From Longivirga aurantiaca (lineage in GTDB: Bacteria; Actinomycetota; Actinomycetes; S36-B12; CAIYMF01), in contig NZ_JBHSTI010000008.1 of NCBI RefSeq assembly GCF_042660085.1, forward strand, positions 1,719,876 through 1,751,875: 32,000 nucleotides of DNA, read 5' to 3'. Made by a program: the position numbers and the translations under genes. Under the pieces are notes generated by a model. It worked only from the letters and a program-made list of their open reading frames with translations. It did not search any database and was not told where the DNA came from. This document shows positions 31,419 through 32,000 of the stretch, in pieces; the stretch's first letter is position 1; every line of letters begins with the position of its first letter.

Positions 31419-32000
31419 GAACCCACCACCTCGGTCTTCGCGGACCGCACGGCCCCGTCGAGCAACGTCGGGCGGCCGCGCAGGAACGTGGCGACCACCG
31501 AGGCCGGCAGCGTGATGCCGGCGTAGGGCGTGTTGCGGCTGCGGCTCTGCAGCGCGGTCGCCTCGACCACGTGCTCGCGCGCCGGGTCGACCAGTACGAG
31601 GTTGGCCGGCTCCCCTGCGGCGAGCGGCCGCCCGTGGCCGGCGAGCCGGCCGATCCGCGCGGGCGCGATCGACATGCGGTCGGCGACCCCGGCCCAGTCG
31701 AGCAGCCCCGTCTCGACCATGGCGGAGGCGACGACGCCGAGCGCGGTCTCGAGGCCGAGCATGCCCATGGCAGCCTCGGCCCACTCGCAGTCCTTGTCCT
31801 CGACCGGGTGCGGGGCGTGGTCGGTGGCGACGATGTCGATCGTGCCGTCGGCCAGCGCCTCGCGCAGGGCGAGCACGTCGCGCTCGGAGCGCAGCGGCGG
31901 GTTGACCTTGTAGACCGGGTCGTACGACCGCACGAGCTCCTCGGTGAGCAGCAGGTGGTGCGGCGTGACCTCGGCCGTGACGTCGATGCCCCGGGACTTG
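31415..32000 (-). CDS. pyrC: Dihydroorotase, C-terminal part (gene continues beyond the right edge)
   Basis: ...[60 protein letters not shown]... Confidence 0.95.
   Translation of the reverse strand, partial: KSRGIDVTAEVTPHHLLLTEELVRSYDPVYKVNPPLRSERDVLALREALADGTIDIVATDHAPHPVEDKDCEWAEAAMGMLGLETALGVVASAMVETGLLDWAGVADRMSIAPARIGRLAGHGRPLAAGEPANLVLVDPAREHVVEATALQSRSRNTPYAGITLPASVVATFLRGRPTLLDGAVRSAKTEVVGS

Overview
This window is a high-GC actinobacterial core-genome segment, consistent with Micrococcales/Cellulomonadaceae-like synteny. Almost all genes are on the minus strand. In the direction of minus-strand transcription (high to low coordinate) they are: pyrC (cut at the right edge)-carA-carB-pyrK-pyrD-pyrF; then a small accessory patch (a plus-strand GNAT, a small membrane protein, a secreted protein and a possible gene remnant); mihF-gmk-rpoZ-coaBC-metK-GNAT-priA-def-fmt-rsmB; a plus-strand GGDEF diguanylate cyclase; rpe, an FMN riboswitch, ribD-ribE-ribBA-ribH-hisE-hisG; an SseB-like gene; aqpZ; infC-rpmI-rplT and a SpoU/TrmH rRNA methyltransferase; and a tandem pair of paralogous proteins at the left edge. 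I saw no CRISPR array, phage, transposon, rRNA or tRNA. The most interesting element is the left-edge pair. Two close paralogs (about 70% identical over the shared part) look like HxD...H...R 2OG-Fe(II)/aspartyl-asparaginyl hydroxylase-type enzymes, and each has its own DtxR/IdeR-like iron box upstream. The first-transcribed gene has its own strong hairpin terminator. Other points of interest are a probable AUC start codon for infC, a probable CUG start for gmk with its Shine-Dalgarno in a hairpin loop, a PriA lacking helicase motifs, and a bidirectional hairpin overlapping the pyrF stop codon.
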